A stretch of 63,666 bases of DNA, filler included, from Licmophora abbreviata (taxonomy: Eukaryota), in NCBI GenBank assembly GCA_900291995.1. It is 22 parts of 22 records of this genome, joined end to end, with 100 filler letters (N's around TTAATTAATTAA, not from the genome) between each part and the next. Parts side by side here need not be neighbours in the genome. Positions count along the whole stretch, not along the records: positions 13,458 to 19,455 come from OLMU01005019.1; positions 19,556 to 22,809 come from OLMU01005020.1; positions 22,910 to 25,524 come from OLMU01005022.1; positions 25,625 to 29,431 come from OLMU01005023.1; positions 29,532 to 31,936 come from OLMU01005024.1; 17 more parts are not named here. The stretch is one strand, 5' to 3'. The notes below the pieces were generated by a model. The model saw nothing but the letters and a program-made list of their open reading frames with translations. It was not told the DNA's origin and did no database searches. Below are positions 18,881 to 30,556 of this stretch, in pieces (the stretch's first letter is position 1; every line of letters starts with the position of its first letter). A program made the position numbers and the translations under genes.

Positions 18881-19164
18881 CAGGATTTTCCGTTCAGTCG
18901 GTCACGCAACAGCTTGCCCGTCTTGAAGAACGGCACATGCTTTTCCTCTACATGGACCGCCTCGCCGGTCCGGGGATTGCGACCAGTGCGCGCATCGCGC
19001 TGTTTCACTGAGAACGCCCCGAAGCCACGCAATTCCACACGGTTGCCTTCGGCCATGGCATTGGTGATCTCGTTGAAAATGGTATTAACGATACGCTCAA
19101 CATCCCGCTGATAAAGATGCGGATTTTCTTCGGCAATTTTTTGGATCAACTCCGACCGGATCAT
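18880..19164 (-). CDS. ihfB: Integration host factor beta
   Basis: [34 protein letters not shown]. Confidence 0.97.
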   Translation of the reverse strand: MIRSELIQKIAEENPHLYQRDVERIVNTIFNEITNAMAEGNRVELRGFGAFSVKQRDARTGRNPRTGEAVHVEEKHVPFFKTGKLLRDRLNGKS

Positions 19165-19555
19165 TGGCTCTCCCCCGGGTTTCTTGGTTCTTGGCGCAGA
19201 CGGCAGTTGGGATGACTATAGTTAGAAACACTCGGAACCTAAACAGAAACACACCCGGGCGAAACGGTCAATCGCAGTAATTTTCGCGTAAAACGGGAAT
19301 TAAGGGAGCACCGACAAGGTCCAGAGCGGCAGCAAGAGCAAAAACGGGGCTTTTTGCGGTCGCAGCAAAGCCGTTGATTCGCAAAGGGAAAGCACGGCTG
19401 CCAAGCTAGGCGATCGGGGTGCAGGAAGTGGCCCAATGTGAAACGGCCCCGCCGGNNNNNNNNNNNNNNNNNNNNNNNNNNNNNNNNNNNNNNNNNNNNT
19501 TAATTAATTAANNNNNNNNNNNNNNNNNNNNNNNNNNNNNNNNNNNNNNNNNNNN

Positions 19556-21223
19556 CTTGAGAGCTGCGCCGAGAATGTCACCCAGCGAGGCGCCCGAGTC
19601 CGAGCTGCCATACTGCTGCACGGCTTCTTTTTCCTCGGCGATCTCGCGGGCCTTGATCGACAGACCCAGACGACGTGTCTTGGAGTCGACATTGGTCACA
19701 CGCACATCGACCTTGTCGCCGACTGTGAAACGCTCGGGGCGCTGCTCGGAGCGGTCACGGCTGAGGTCGGAGCGGCGGATGAAGGACTTGAGCCCGTCAT
19801 ACTGAACTTCGATCCCGCCATCCTCGATCGAGGTCACTTCGACCGTGATGATCGAGCCGCGCTTCACGCCGCCGACAGCATCCGCGAAGGGATCGCCGTC
19901 CAGCGCCTTGATGGAGAGCGAGATACGCTCTTTCTCGACATCGACTTCCGAGACGACAGCCTTGACGATATCGCCCTTCTTGTAGTTCTGGATGGCCTCT
20001 TCGCCGCGCTCGTCCCAGCTGAGGTCCGAGAGGTGAACCATGCCGTCGATATCGCCGGGCAGGCCGATGAACAGACCGAATTCGGTGATGTTCTTGACCT
20101 CGCCTTCGACTTCGGTGCCGACGGGGTGGGTTTCTGCGAAGACTTCCCAGGGGTTGCGCTGCGTCTGCTTGAGACCAAGAGACACGCGGCGCTTGGCCTG
20201 GTCGATTTCCAGCACCATGACTTCGACTTCCTGAGAGGTCGAAACGATCTTGCCGGGATGCACGTTCTTCTTGGTCCAGGACATTTCCGAGACGTGCACC
20301 AGACCTTCGACACCGGGCTCCAGCTCGACGAAGGCACCGTAATCGGTGATGTTGGTGACGCGACCGGTATGGACCGAGGCCAGCGGATACTTGGCGGCCA
20401 CCAGATCCCACGGATCTTCCTGCAGCTGCTTCATGCCGAGGCTGATACGGTGGGTTTCCTTGTTGATCTTGATGACCTGGACCTTCACGGTCTCGCCGAT
20501 CGACAGGATCTCGGAGGGGTGGTTGACGCGACGCCATGCCATGTCGGTGACGTGCAGAAGACCGTCAACACCGCCCAGATCGACGAAGGCGCCGTATTCG
20601 GTGATGTTCTTGACCACACCATCCACGGTGTCGCCTTCGGTCAGCTGCGAGATCACCTCGGCGCGCTGTTCGGCGCGGCTTTCTTCGAGGATGGCGCGGC
20701 GCGACACGACGATGTTGCCACGGCGGCGATCCATCTTGAGGATCTGGAACGGCTGCTTGAGACCCATCAGCGGGCCGGCATCGCGCACGGGGCGGACATC
20801 GACCTGAGAGCCGGGCAGGAACGCCACGGCGCCGCCCAGATCAACGGTGAAGCCACCCTTGACGCGGCCGAAGATCGCGCCGTCGACACGCTCTTCGTCG
20901 GCATAGGCCTTTTCAAGACGGTCCCATGCTTCTTCGCGGCGCGCCATCTCACGGCTGATGACGGCTTCGCCACGGGAGTTCTCGGCGGCGCGGAGGAACA
21001 CCTCGACCTCATCGCCAACGGCGATTTCGGGCGCTTCGCCGGGATTTGCGAATTCCTTGAGATCGACGCGGCCTTCCATCTTGTAGCCGACATCGATGAT
21101 GGCCTGGCCCGCTTCGATCGCGATCACCTTGCCCTTGACGACAGACCCCTCATCGGGCGTGTCCATTTCGAGACTTTCATTAAGGAGGGTCTCGAATTCC
21201 TCCATGGATGCGTTATGAGCCAT
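19556..21223 (-). CDS. rpsA: 30S ribosomal protein S1 (3' end at gap)
   Basis: Repeated S1 domains (VKNITEYGAFVDLGG, DGLLHV); C-terminal SGASLGDILGAAL. Confidence 0.97.
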
Positions 21224-21488
21224 GTGGCGTGGTTTTCCTTTACAAGTGCATTTTTCCGGCCGCGCGGTTGTCTCCGCCGGTCTTGGGGTTTCGTTGGTCA
21301 GACGTACCACAAAACAAAGAGGGCCGGTGACCCGACCCTGCTCGATCTCTTTGTTATATGGCCTTGATCGCCTTATCGACAGGGGCGCACATATCCGCTT
21401 GCGCCATGCTTTGCAAGCCCCTCGTGCCGTCGGGCATGGCAAAGGCCGGCGCGCGCCAATCGGGCGTGCCGGGTCGCTGCGGTGCGCG

Positions 21489-22100
21489 TCAGCGGTTCAG
21501 GCGGCCTTCGATAAGCGAAATGGCCGCCGAGACGGCCTCGTCGATCGACATCTGCGACGTGTCGAGCAGCACCGCATCCACGGCCGGCTTGAGCGGGGCG
21601 GCGGCGCGGGCGCTGTCACGCTCGTCGCGCGTTCGAAGATCGCGCAGAACGTCCTCGAGGCTGTCGGCATGACCCTTTTCTTTCAGTTCTTTCCAGCGGC
21701 GCTCGGCGCGGATGTCGTCCGTGGCGGTGATGAAGAGCTTCACTTCGGCGTCAGGGCAGATCACCGTGCCGATGTCGCGCCCGTCGAGCACCGCCCCCCC
21801 TGTCCTGCGGGCAAAGGCGCGTTGAAAATCCAGCAGGGCCGCACGCACATCGGGAAGAGCGGCAACGCGGCTTGCGGCCTGCGCCACGTCTGGGGTGCGC
21901 AGATCCTCGGCCTCGAGATCGGAGGCCTGCAGGGTGCGCGCGGCCTCGACCGGGTCGGTGCCATCCAGCGTGCGGCGCCCGGTGGCGCGATACAGCAGGC
22001 CGGTATCCAGATGCGCAAAGCCGAAATGGGCCGCGACAGCGCGCGAGACCGTGCCCTTGCCGGCGGCTGCCGGGCCATCGATCGCGATGGTGAATGCCAT
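21489..22100 (-). CDS. cmk: Cytidylate kinase
   Basis: [37 protein letters not shown]; upstream of rpsA. Confidence 0.95.
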   Translation of the reverse strand: MAFTIAIDGPAAAGKGTVSRAVAAHFGFAHLDTGLLYRATGRRTLDGTDPVEAARTLQASDLEAEDLRTPDVAQAASRVAALPDVRAALLDFQRAFARRTGGAVLDGRDIGTVICPDAEVKLFITATDDIRAERRWKELKEKGHADSLEDVLRDLRTRDERDSARAAAPLKPAVDAVLLDTSQMSIDEAVSAAISLIEGRLNR

Positions 22101-22338
22101 GATGTCATCCTTTGCTGATGGGCGCATGGGTATGCCATGCGACCGGCACGCTCAAGCCCCAGCGCCGCACCTGCGCCGCCCGGAGAGGCGTTTGCGCAGG
22201 TTTCGAGACTTGGCCCAGAACAGACTGTTTACGGACCCGGGGCTCCCAAAATGCGAAAGCTTGGGGTAAGCTGTGCCCATTATTGAACGCCTTATCCGGA
22301 TCACATGAGACTTTGAGCTATTTCAACGGGATGAAATT

Positions 22339-22659
22339 ATGATCGACACCGAGGACCATCCTCGTCCCAACAGTCATTCCTCCGGCATCACCAGAAACGA
22401 GGGTCTGACGACCGTCGGCTCGGACCCGCAGGACAAAGCGGAGCAACTGCGCCGCAAGGCCTTGACGCAGCCGGGAAATTTTCCAAACAGCCCGCGCCTT
22501 GTGCGCTGGTGGGATACGCGATCATTGAATTGGCTGCCCGGTCTCGAGGTGGTCATCCTGCTGATTGCGATCCTGATGATGTCGATCGCGCTGCCGCTTC
22601 AGGCCGGATTGATCCCGTTTGGAACGGATGAACCGCACAGCGAAACACCGTTAGAGTAA
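22339..22659 (+). CDS. Hypothetical membrane protein
   Basis: 106-aa ORF filling the intergenic space, one C-terminal hydrophobic helix; no recognised family. Confidence 0.5.
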   Translation: MIDTEDHPRPNSHSSGITRNEGLTTVGSDPQDKAEQLRRKALTQPGNFPNSPRLVRWWDTRSLNWLPGLEVVILLIAILMMSIALPLQAGLIPFGTDEPHSETPLE

Positions 22660-22692
22660 CCTGGCGACTGGCCGTGCTGCGTGCCGGAATGT

Positions 22693-22766
22693 TGGAGCGG
22701 GTAACGGGAATCGAACCCGTAACTTAAGCTTGGGAAGCTCGCGTGATACCTTTTCACCATACCCGC
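22693..22766 (-). tRNA. tRNA-Gly(CCC)
   Basis: Reverse complement GCGGGTATGGTGAAAAGGTATCACGCGAGCTT-CCC-AAGCTTAAGTTACGGGTTCGATTCCCGTTACCCGCTCCA; 74 nt. Confidence 0.95.
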
Positions 22767-22909
22767 CCGGGCGACCGTCTAGGTATGAAATCCGCCTTGC
22801 CCGGTCAAGNNNNNNNNNNNNNNNNNNNNNNNNNNNNNNNNNNNNNNNNNNNNTTAATTAATTAANNNNNNNNNNNNNNNNNNNNNNNNNNNNNNNNNNN
22901 NNNNNNNNN

Positions 22910-24023
22910 GACAGGGCCACGGCGGCGGCGTCGGCCCCCACATGGCCCGCGATGCAAGGCAGGATATAGGTGCGCGCACGCGGGTTGATCGCCGTCAGAT
23001 CCAATTCGCGGGCCGGCATCGAGATCGAGTCCGAGGTCGCCAGCGCAAAAGGCGCCTGCCCCAGTTCGACCGGGTCGATGCCCAGAAGCAGGTGGTGCAT
23101 CACCGGGTTGCAGACAAACACGGTTTCCACGATCAGATGCGGATCGATCCCCGCCTCCTTGGCGATCTCATCGGTCAATGTGTCGATCGCCTCGCGCACG
23201 GCGCGGGTCATCTCGCGGTCGCCGCCGGGGTTCATCATGGAATAGCTGACCCGGCTCATCAGGTCTTCGCCGAAGCGGATCTGGGGGTTCATGATGCCTG
23301 AAGACGCCTTGACCTCGCCGGTGTCGAGATCGGTCAGATGCGCGGCGATGGTGGTGGAGCCAAGATCGATGGCCAGCCCATACAGACCGTCTTCGTGCAG
23401 TCCCGGCCAGATCTCGATCAGGCGGGCCACGTCATCGGTGTGGGATTTGTGCAGCGCGACGGTGACCTGGAACTTGCCCTTGCGCAACACCGGCTGCAGC
23501 TTGGACAGCAGCGACTGGTCGGCGCGGATCGCGGGGATATCCCATTCGCGCGACAGTGCGCGTTCCAACCGCTCCAGATCGCCCGTGGGTTCGTGCATGT
23601 CGGGCTCGTCCACCTCGACGAAATAGAGCCGGGTGGCGGGGTCCATCTCGATCACGCGGGCCGAGGCAGCCTTGCGCACCACTTGCCGATGGACCTGACT
23701 TTCGGGGGCACGTCGATCACCACATCGCCCATGACCTGCGCCTGACAGCCCAGACGGCGGCCCGGCTTGAGGCCGCGTTTCTGGTCATAGCGTTCCTCGA
23801 CCGCGTTCCATTCCGACAGGGCGTCCTGATGGACGGTCACGCCATGTTTGGAAAATTCTCCGTAGGAGGGCGTGATCTGGCATTTCGAGCAGATGCCACG
23901 CCCGCCGCAGACCGAATCGAGATCGACCCCCAATTGCCGTGCAGCGGTCAGCACCGGGGTTCCCTTGGGAAACCGGCCGCGCTTGCCCGAGGGGGTGAAG
24001 ACGACGAGGGGGTCTTGCGACAT
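22910..24023 (-). CDS. 2Fe-2S/ASKHA-domain protein (RACo/DUF4445, corrinoid reactivation family); 1-nt frameshift near 23704-23709, truncated by gap
   Basis: CGGRGICSKC...RLGCQ ferredoxin; AIDLGSTT, NPQIRFGEDLMSR, GHVGAD. Confidence 0.85.
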
Positions 24024-24163
24024 CGGGATATGTCCTTATCCGTGACATTCTGGTTGCACGGCGGAACATAAGGCAATGCCCGCCGGGTTACAGCCTGCAA
24101 CCGTCAGAAAATGTCACAGGCGCGGCATGACGGTCATGCAGGCATCACAAGACGGGCCCGCTC

Positions 24164-25318
24164 TCAGGACGCGTCACGCGCCAGCCAATCGAGGATCGCC
24201 GCGCGGTCCCCATCGAGTTCGGGCGCCGGTCCCCGCGTTGTGGGATCCTCCATCCCACTGATCTTGATGGGATTTCCTGCTGCGGTGAAGGCTGGCTTGC
24301 CAACGGCATCCAGCACATCGACCACCATGTTGCGAGCAAGGATCTGCGGATCGCGCATCGCTTCGGCGACATTCTGAATCGGGCCGGTGGGCACACCGGC
24401 GGTTTCCAGGCGCTCGATCCAGTGCGCCTTGGGTTGATCGATTGTCACCGCTTCGATCAGGCGCTTGAGCATCCGGGCATTTTCGCAGCGCGCGGGATTG
24501 GTCGCAAAGCGCGGATCCTCGGCCAGAGGCAGGCCGAGCACATCGCATAACCGCGCAAAGAGCGCGTCATTGCCCGCGGCGATGACGAACAGACCATCCG
24601 CGGCATGATAGGTCTCGAACGGGGTGATCGAGGGATGCCGCGCCCCCGAGGGACCGGGCGGGGTGCCGGTGACCGAGGTGATGGCGACGGCATGTTCGAG
24701 GATAGCCAGCTGACCATCCAGCATAGCCACATCCACCTTGCGCCCCAGCCCGGTCCTTTCGCGGTCGTAAAGCGCCGCCAGCACGCCCTGGAGCATGTAC
24801 ATCCCGGCGATGATGTCGCCGATGCTGGCGCCGACGCGGACAGGCTCGCGATCCTTCTCGCCGGTGATCGACATCACGCCGCCGCGCGCCTGCACGACCA
24901 TGTCATAGGCCGGGCGCAGCGCATCGGGACCGGTATGGCCGAAGCCGCTGACCGCCCCATAGATCAGGCGTGGATGGCGGGCATGAAGGGTCTCCCAGCC
25001 ATAGCCCAGTTTTTCCATGGTGCCCGGGCGGTAATTTTCGAGAATCACATCGGCCCGCGCCAAAAGCCGGTCGAACAGCGCGCGGTCGGCATCGGCCTTG
25101 AGATCGAGTGCGACCGACTGCTTGCCGCGATTGAGCGTGGCGAAATAGGCGCTCTTGTCGGCCTTGAAAGGCGGAAAGGACCGTGTGTCATCGCCGCTTC
25201 CGGGCCGCTCCACCTTGATGACATGCGCACCGAGGTCGGCCATCGTCATCGAGGCGAAAGGCCCGGCCAGCACATGGGTCAGATCGAGAACGGTGATCGG
25301 TGCGAGAGGGGCGGTCAT
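24164..25318 (-). CDS. CaiB/BaiF family III CoA-transferase
   Basis: VLDLTHVLAGP, DLGA.VIKVE, NRGKQS, ENYRPG, AYDMVVQA. Confidence 0.92.
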   Translation of the reverse strand: MTAPLAPITVLDLTHVLAGPFASMTMADLGAHVIKVERPGSGDDTRSFPPFKADKSAYFATLNRGKQSVALDLKADADRALFDRLLARADVILENYRPGTMEKLGYGWETLHARHPRLIYGAVSGFGHTGPDALRPAYDMVVQARGGVMSITGEKDREPVRVGASIGDIIAGMYMLQGVLAALYDRERTGLGRKVDVAMLDGQLAILEHAVAITSVTGTPPGPSGARHPSITPFETYHAADGLFVIAAGNDALFARLCDVLGLPLAEDPRFATNPARCENARMLKRLIEAVTIDQPKAHWIERLETAGVPTGPIQNVAEAMRDPQILARNMVVDVLDAVGKPAFTAAGNPIKISGMEDPTTRGPAPELDGDRAAILDWLARDAS

Positions 25319-25624
25319 GGCGGGTCTCCTGTTTGCGGCGTGGTCCGGTCCAGTCCTAGAGCATCGGCATGACATGACACTGACACGGATCAAACCCGGT
25401 TCTTGCCTCTGGCCGGGGAATTGTGCAGACGAAAGCTTGAGTGCAGGTACGAGGGAGGCCGAGGTATGACCGGGCGATGCTGTCCTTATCCGGGCAGGCG
25501 GCAATGATCTGGGCCGCGATGACCNNNNNNNNNNNNNNNNNNNNNNNNNNNNNNNNNNNNNNNNNNNNTTAATTAATTAANNNNNNNNNNNNNNNNNNNN
25601 NNNNNNNNNNNNNNNNNNNNNNNN

Positions 25625-25912
25625 GTGGAACTGGCGCCCGCGTTTCGCGGCATGGCCGATCATGTGATCGTCAAGCCGGTGGAAGACGGATTCGAAACCG
25701 GCGCGCTGGATGCGCTGCTGGATATGCTGCGCGTCGGTCGGCTGCGACTTGTGGGGCGCGAGGGCTGCGCGGGGCTGGCGCGCACCGCGCAGGGCGCGCT
25801 CAATCGAGGTTATGAGGTGGAGTTGGTGCGCGACGGGATCGCCGCCACGGACAGTGCCGCCTTCGATGCCGTGCTCGAGGCGCTGACCAGCCAGGGCGCG
25901 CGGGTCGTCTGA
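25625..25912 (+). CDS. Isochorismatase-like/cysteine hydrolase, C-terminal fragment
   Basis: K...DGFETG.LD.LL, VG...C...RTA.GAL.RGY.V.LV.D pattern. Confidence 0.55.
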   Translation: MELAPAFRGMADHVIVKPVEDGFETGALDALLDMLRVGRLRLVGREGCAGLARTAQGALNRGYEVELVRDGIAATDSAAFDAVLEALTSQGARVV

Positions 25913-25942
25913 ACGACGCCGCATGCGCCCGGCCGGGCCGGA

Positions 25943-27292
25943 TCAGCCATCGCGACGGATATCGGCGCCAAGCGAGGCCATGAGCGGTTCGAAAATCGGG
26001 AAGGAGGTGGCGATCGGGCCGCCGTCATCCACCGTGACAGGCTGGTTCGCGGCCAGCCCCATCACCAGAAAGGACATGGCGATACGGTGGTCCAGATGGC
26101 TGGCACAGGTCGCGCCCCCCGGCACATCGCCATGTCCCCGGCCATGCACGATCCACCAGTCGGGACCGTCCTCGACCTTGATGCCGTTGGCGCGCAGACC
26201 GGTGGCCATGGCCTCGATCCGGTCGGATTCCTTGACGCGCAATTCCTTGACGCCGCGCATGACCGTGGCACCGTGGGCGAAGGCCGCGACGACCGACAGC
26301 ACGGGGTATTCGTCGATCATCGATGCGGCACGCTCGGGCGGAACCTCGATCCCCTTGAGGTCCGGAGAAAAGCGGGCGCGCAGATCGGCCACCGGCTCGC
26401 CGCCCTCCTCGCGCAGGTTTTCATAGCTCAGATCGGCGCCCATCTCCTGCAGGGTGGTGAACAGGCCCGCACGGGTCGGGTTCAGCCCGATATTGGGCAC
26501 CAGCACATCCGAGCCTTCGGTGATCAGCGCGGCACAGACAGGAAAGGCCGCCGAGCTGGGATCGCGGGGCACGGTGATGGTTTGAGGCGACAGCTCGGGC
26601 TGGCCTTCGAGGGTGATGATGCGGCCCTCTGCGGTGTCTTCGGTGGTGATCTGCGCCCCGAACCCCGCCAGCATCCGTTCGGTATGGTCGCGGGTCGCCT
26701 CGTGCTCGATCACGACGGTCTGGCCGGGTGCGTTCAACCCTGCCAGCAGCACGGCCGATTTCACCTGCGCTGAAGGAACGGGCACGGTGTAGCGCACCGG
26801 CAAGGGATCGCGCGCGCCCACGATGGTCATGGGCAAGCGCCCCCCCGACCGGCCAACCGCCTGCGCGCCGAAAAGAGCCAGCGGATCGGTTACCCGCGCC
26901 ATGGGCCGCTTGTTCAGGCTGGCATCGCCCGTGAAGGTGGCGGTCACCGGCGAGGTCGCCATCGCCCCCATGATGAGCCGCACACCGGTGCCGGAATTGC
27001 CACAATCGATCACCTGATCGGGCTCGGCGAAGCCCCCGACACCGACGCCGTGAATGCGCCACGTGCCCTCGTCATCGCGCGCCACCTCGGCGCCGAAGGC
27101 GCGCATGGCGCGGGCCGTGTCCAGCACGTCCTGACCTTCAAGCAGGCCGGTGACCATGGTTTCGCCGACCGACAGCGCCCCGAGGATCAGCGCGCGATGC
27201 GAGATCGACTTGTCGCCGGGAATATCGGCCGTGCCGGCAAGCCCGGTCGAGCGGTACGAGGTCATGGGAATCGGAGCGCCGTGGCCGGACAT
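25943..27292 (-). CDS. aroA: EPSP synthase (class II)
   Basis: [47 protein letters not shown]. Confidence 0.97.
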   Translation of the reverse strand: MSGHGAPIPMTSYRSTGLAGTADIPGDKSISHRALILGALSVGETMVTGLLEGQDVLDTARAMRAFGAEVARDDEGTWRIHGVGVGGFAEPDQVIDCGNSGTGVRLIMGAMATSPVTATFTGDASLNKRPMARVTDPLALFGAQAVGRSGGRLPMTIVGARDPLPVRYTVPVPSAQVKSAVLLAGLNAPGQTVVIEHEATRDHTERMLAGFGAQITTEDTAEGRIITLEGQPELSPQTITVPRDPSSAAFPVCAALITEGSDVLVPNIGLNPTRAGLFTTLQEMGADLSYENLREEGGEPVADLRARFSPDLKGIEVPPERAASMIDEYPVLSVVAAFAHGATVMRGVKELRVKESDRIEAMATGLRANGIKVEDGPDWWIVHGRGHGDVPGGATCASHLDHRIAMSFLVMGLAANQPVTVDDGGPIATSFPIFEPLMASLGADIRRDG

Positions 27293-27382
27293 GGGGATGC
27301 CTTTCGTCAATGGATCGCCCGCCTGATAGCGCAAGCATCCGGCCGCGTCCATTGCCGTTGCGCTGCCACGGGCGCAGAGGCC

Positions 27383-27420
27383 GGACGCCTCCGGCGGGAG
27401 TATTTTGGGAACGATGAAAG
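27383..27420 (-). repeat. Half-unit of the composite intergenic repeat (copy 2)
   Basis: Reverse complement CTTTCATCGTTCCCAAAATACTCCCGCCGGAGGCGTCC is near-identical to 52934-52971. Confidence 0.85.
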
Positions 27421-27457
27421 GCGGGCCGCGCGAAAGACCGGGCGGCCCGGCACCGGC

Positions 27458-27808
27458 TCAGGGAAGAGCGGCGGTGATGATCAGCTCGACCTTGTAGTCG
27501 GGCGTGGCCAGTTTCGCCTCGCCACAAGCGCGGGTCGGGGCGTGGCCCTCGGGCACCCAGGCGTCCCAGACGGCGTTCATCTCGGCGAAATCGGCCATGT
27601 CGGCCAGCCAGATCGTGCAGCTGAGCATGCGGGTTGCGTCGGTGCCGGCCTCGGCCAGAAGGGCCTCGACCTTTTCGATGCAGCTTTGGGTCTGTGCGGT
27701 GACGCTTTCGCCGGGGGCGCCGACCTGACCGGCGAGATAGGCGATGCCGTTATGGATGACCATCTGGCTCATGCGCGGGCCGGTATGATGGCGGGTGATG
27801 TCGCTCAT
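27458..27808 (-). CDS. RidA/YjgF family protein (YoaB-like)
   Basis: RMSQ.V, YLAGQV, FAEMNAVWDAW, P.RAC.EA.LA, VE. Confidence 0.9.
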   Translation of the reverse strand: MSDITRHHTGPRMSQMVIHNGIAYLAGQVGAPGESVTAQTQSCIEKVEALLAEAGTDATRMLSCTIWLADMADFAEMNAVWDAWVPEGHAPTRACGEAKLATPDYKVELIITAALP

Positions 27809-27819
27809 GGGGTGTCCTT

Positions 27820-28923
27820 TCAGGAGCTGTGAAACCGGGCGGGCGAAAGCGCCGCGACCGTGGCATCCGATAGACCGGGTTCGGCCCCGGTGACAAGCGC
27901 CGCCGTGAGCCGCGCGAGGGCCGGGGCTGTCTGAACACCGTAGCCGCCCTGCCCTGCCAGCCAGAAAAATCCGTCAGCATCAGGCGCGAAGCCTGCGACG
28001 GGTGTCCTGTCCGCGGCAAAGCTGCGCAGGCCTGCCCAGCTGTGATCGACACGGGTGACGGGGATCGTCACGGCCTGTTCATAGCGGTGCAGACCTTCGG
28101 CCAGCACCATGTCATCGGGCCAGGCATCATGGGGCGCGACCGGGTCCTCATCGGCGGGCGAGACCATCAGCTTGCCCGCATCGGGCTTGGCATACCAGGT
28201 TTCGGAGATCGAGCCGAAAAGCGGCCAGTGCGCGATATCATGCCCTGTGGGCGCGGGCAAAAGCGCCGCGGAGCGGCGCATCGGCGTGATGCCTACCGGC
28301 GCCACGCCCGCCAAACGCGCCACCGGATCGGCCCAGGCTCCGGCGGCGTTCACCAGCACGGGCGCGGTGAATGGCCTGTCGCCCGCGGTGACCTGCCAGG
28401 CGGCATGCCCACGCCGGATGCCGGTGACGGGGGCGCTGGTCACCACCTGCCCGCCCCGTGCTTTGAGCAGCCGGGCATAGCCCTGCAGCATGCGATCCAC
28501 GTCGATGTCCTGAGCATCACGTTCCAGAGCGGCCCGGACGATGCGCTCGGGGCGCAGGATGGGGACCAGATCGACCGCGTCACCGGCCTCCAGCAGGTCG
28601 ATCCCGGAGGCGCCATCGCAATAGGCCTGCAGCGCGCCGAGCTCGTCCTCGCCTGCCAGCAGCAACTCGCCGCGCGGCGACAGGAGCGAGCGGTCACTGA
28701 TGCCCTCTGGTGCCTCGAATACCGGAGCGGCGGCGGCATTGAGCGCACGCAGGGTGGCGTTGCCGTAATTGCGGATGAAAATCGCGGCCGAGCGCCCGGT
28801 GGAATGATACCCGAGCTGCGCTTCGGTCTCGATCACGGTGACGCGGGCATGGGCGGCCAGTTCAGCGGCGGCGCTGATGCCGGCGATCCCGCCTCCGATG
28901 ACGATGATGTCGGGATGTGTCAT
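27820..28923 (-). CDS. FAD-dependent oxidoreductase (D-amino acid dehydrogenase, DauA-like)
   Basis: GGGIAG, GYHSTGRSAA, VNAAGAWAD, WAGLRSF..DR.P, GQGGYG.QTAPA. Confidence 0.88.
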   Translation of the reverse strand: MTHPDIIVIGGGIAGISAAAELAAHARVTVIETEAQLGYHSTGRSAAIFIRNYGNATLRALNAAAAPVFEAPEGISDRSLLSPRGELLLAGEDELGALQAYCDGASGIDLLEAGDAVDLVPILRPERIVRAALERDAQDIDVDRMLQGYARLLKARGGQVVTSAPVTGIRRGHAAWQVTAGDRPFTAPVLVNAAGAWADPVARLAGVAPVGITPMRRSAALLPAPTGHDIAHWPLFGSISETWYAKPDAGKLMVSPADEDPVAPHDAWPDDMVLAEGLHRYEQAVTIPVTRVDHSWAGLRSFAADRTPVAGFAPDADGFFWLAGQGGYGVQTAPALARLTAALVTGAEPGLSDATVAALSPARFHSS

Positions 28924-30067
28924 GCGCCCTCGAAGCCGGTCAGCACGGCGGTCAGGTTATGGCCGAGCTCGTCGCAGAGATAGCCGCCTTCCTGCACGAA
29001 CAGCGTGGGCAGCCCCAGCCCTGCGATCGCGGCCCCGATCCGGGAAAATCCGGGTGTCGTGACGGCGAAGCCCTTGAAGGGATCGCCCTCATAGGCGTCA
29101 AGACCGAGGGCCACCACCACCACATCCGCCCCAAAGGCGGATATGCGCGCGAGCGCCGTATCGAGAGCGCGCAGAAAACCCTCGTCATCGGTGCCGCGCG
29201 GCAAGGGCAGGTTGAGGTTGTAGCCAAGGCCCCGGCCGGTGCCGCGCTCTTCGGCATGGCCCCAGAAGAACGGGTAGAAACGGGCCGGGTCGGCATGGAG
29301 CGAGACGGTCAGCACGTCGTCGCGATCATAGAAGATGCCTTGCGTGCCATTGCCGTGATGCACATCCACATCGAGGATCGCCGGGCGAAGCCCCCGGGCG
29401 CGCAGCCGTTCGGCGGCAATGCCGGAATTGTNNNNNNNNNNNNNNNNNNNNNNNNNNNNNNNNNNNNNNNNNNNNTTAATTAATTAANNNNNNNNNNNNN
29501 NNNNNNNNNNNNNNNNNNNNNNNNNNNNNNNCGTTCGGCGGCAATGCCGGAATTGTTCAGGAAACAGAAGCCCCCCGCCAGATCGCCGAAGGCATGATGC
29601 CCCGGCGGACGCGACAGCGCATATGAGGCGCGCGCGCCCGACACCAGAAGATCGGCGCCGGTGATCGCCACCTGTGCGGACCAGTAGGCCGCCTCCCAGG
29701 TACCCTCACCGATCGGGCAGGCGGTGTCGGCCTGATGATAGCCCGCCTGCCCCACCGCCGAGCGAGGGTAGCTGTCGGTGCGGTTGGCGGGGTGAATATT
29801 GGGGATCACCTCGTCTCCGGCGCCATCGATGCGCTGCCAGCGGGTGTAGATCGTTTGAAGGAAGGACAGGTATTCGGGCGAATGCAAAGCGGCGAGCGGG
29901 CCCATTCCGGCATCGTCGGGCGTCTGCATCGCGCAACCGGCGGCACGCGCGCCCTCGATCAGCTTGGCGATGCGCGCGGGTTGTTCGGGGCTTGGCAGAA
30001 CCTTGCCGTTGGCCATGAAATGCCGAGGGTCATGCCGCCATTGCCGGTCGTCGAAAATCGCTTTCAT
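28920..30067 (-). CDS. Histone deacetylase family / acetylpolyamine amidohydrolase-like protein (spans gap)
   Basis: RPPGHHA, GGFCFLNN, DVDVHHGNGTQ, VQEGGY. Confidence 0.92.
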
Positions 30068-30552
30068 CCTGCGTCCTTCATCATCTCGAGGCACCCTTCG
30101 CGATCCAGGGTCATCACGGTTGCACCGGTACGCGGGACGAGACCCAACCGGTCATAAAACGCACGCGACGCAACCGAATGATCGTAGACGGCCAGGGTCA
30201 ACCATTCAGCCCGCCAAGTCTGTGAGGCGCGGCGCACAACCGCGGCCAGCAACCTGCGGCCAAGGCCAGAGCCACGCACCGTTTCATTGACCCAAAGGTC
30301 CGACACATAGACCCCCGCAGCCCCCCGCGCCGTCGAATAGGTGGGGCTGAAAAGAGCCGCCCCGCAGAGTGTGTCACCCTGCATCGCCAGCAGACCATGC
30401 GCCGGCGCGACCTCGGACAGAAGCGCCGATGCCAAGCAGGCGCGGCTGGCCTTGTGGGTATCGCCCAGATCGGTGCTGAGCGCGCGCAGCGCGCCGTCCA
30501 GCAGCGTCAGGTCGTCGTCGGTCCGAACGGGGCGGAAGGTGATCGCGGTCAT
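30064..30552 (-). CDS. GNAT N-acetyltransferase (SSAT-like)
   Basis: YST..G, YVSDLWV, RGSGLGRRLL, AFYDRLG. Confidence 0.88.
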   Translation of the reverse strand: MTAITFRPVRTDDDLTLLDGALRALSTDLGDTHKASRACLASALLSEVAPAHGLLAMQGDTLCGAALFSPTYSTARGAAGVYVSDLWVNETVRGSGLGRRLLAAVVRRASQTWRAEWLTLAVYDHSVASRAFYDRLGLVPRTGATVMTLDREGCLEMMKDAG

Positions 30553-30556
30553 GATG

